A stretch of DNA of 63,679 bases, the filler included, from Choristocarpus tenellus KU-1152 (taxonomy: Eukaryota > Protista > Phaeophyceae), in assembly GCA_964200185.2 (NCBI GenBank). It is 13 parts of 13 records of this genome, joined end to end, with 100 filler letters (N's around TTAATTAATTAA, not from the genome) between each part and the next. Parts side by side here need not be neighbours in the genome. Positions count along the whole stretch, not along the records: positions 61,000 to 63,679 come from CAXNAD020025704.1; 12 more parts are not named here. The stretch is one strand, 5' to 3'. This document shows positions 62,923 to 63,679 of the stretch, one piece after another; position 1 is the first letter of the stretch, and each line of letters opens with the position of its first letter. The notes below the pieces were generated by a model, which was given only the letters and a program-made list of their open reading frames with translations, did no database searches and was not told the DNA's origin. The position numbers were made by a program, and so were the translations under genes.

Positions 62923-63679
62923 TCTCAAAGTATTGTCTTGATCAGAACATCTGGTAGAGTAAATGGGACCATCCGGAACGCTGGAGCTCTCTACCCTGGA
63001 AGGCGTGCGTCTGAATAGGAATAAAAACGCCTGACTTTGCACAACCTTCACATGAACGATTCGCCATTCAACACACTTTCCACTGTTGATTCACCGAGGA
63101 TAGAAGAGAAAAAAAACAGTGTCATCATCATCGCTGGGAGGAATCACCAAGAGAGCCGGCAGCACAGTAATTTTAAAAAACCGTTCTGTTTTTTGTTTTT
63201 TATTTTTGTAAAATTTAAAATCAGAGGTCCTCGTGAGGAAGTCGTTTTCTTCTTTCCTCCTTTACTTACACTTCTTTTTTTTCAACACCAAAGCGGGGGG
63301 GATAAGAAGAGTACAATTTTCTTTTTTTAGATTTTTAATAATATGATTTTTGTCCCACAACATTAAAATATATATATATATATATATATATACCTTCACT
63401 ATCAATTAGTACTTTGGAATTGTCAGAAACGATTCTACAGACACACAGGCACACACACAATATATATATATACATACATCTTGAAATACTTTCCTTTCAC
63501 CACCAGGAAAATTCTGCAAGCACCAGATCAGGCTGAAATTTGTATCTAATAATACATATGTATGTGTGTATGTGTGTGCACCATCTGGTGATAGTAGTAC
63601 AACCAAGAGGTTCATGCTTGATGGGCTAGTCTATTGCTGTATGTTGTGTGCTGCTGAGTGACAAGTCATTTCCCCCCCC

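Overview
Eukaryotic nuclear DNA, intron-rich and probably from a photosynthetic stramenopile such as a brown alga. That assignment is an inference from a bipartite plastid-targeting leader, a KCBP-type kinesin and TTAGGG motifs. The window is 13 unrelated short contigs joined by artificial 100-nt N44-TTAATTAATTAA-N44 linkers, so synteny holds only within a contig. Spliced genes or gene fragments: a large modular acidic/polybasic repeat protein built from a repeated 3-exon cassette, a U-box/RING-like unknown protein, a USP exon, a KCBP-like kinesin-14, SEC15, PDCD2-like head-to-head with a YqgF/RuvX nuclease, ZPR1, a plastid-targeted GyrI-like protein, an ankyrin-like gene head-to-head with a Cys-rich protein, and a SEC24 exon. 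There is also one tRNA-Gly(TCC). Mobile DNA: a decayed plant-type mariner transposase, a Ty3/Gypsy integrase remnant and LINE remnants. The most striking signal is a very abundant pair of related non-autonomous DNA transposon (MITE) families. They share a 5'-NNNNNAAAGTATCT terminal inverted repeat, a subterminal ATGGAC motif and 3-4 bp target-site duplications; they sit at many contig ends and are nested in the Gypsy element. All calls were made by eye, without database searches.
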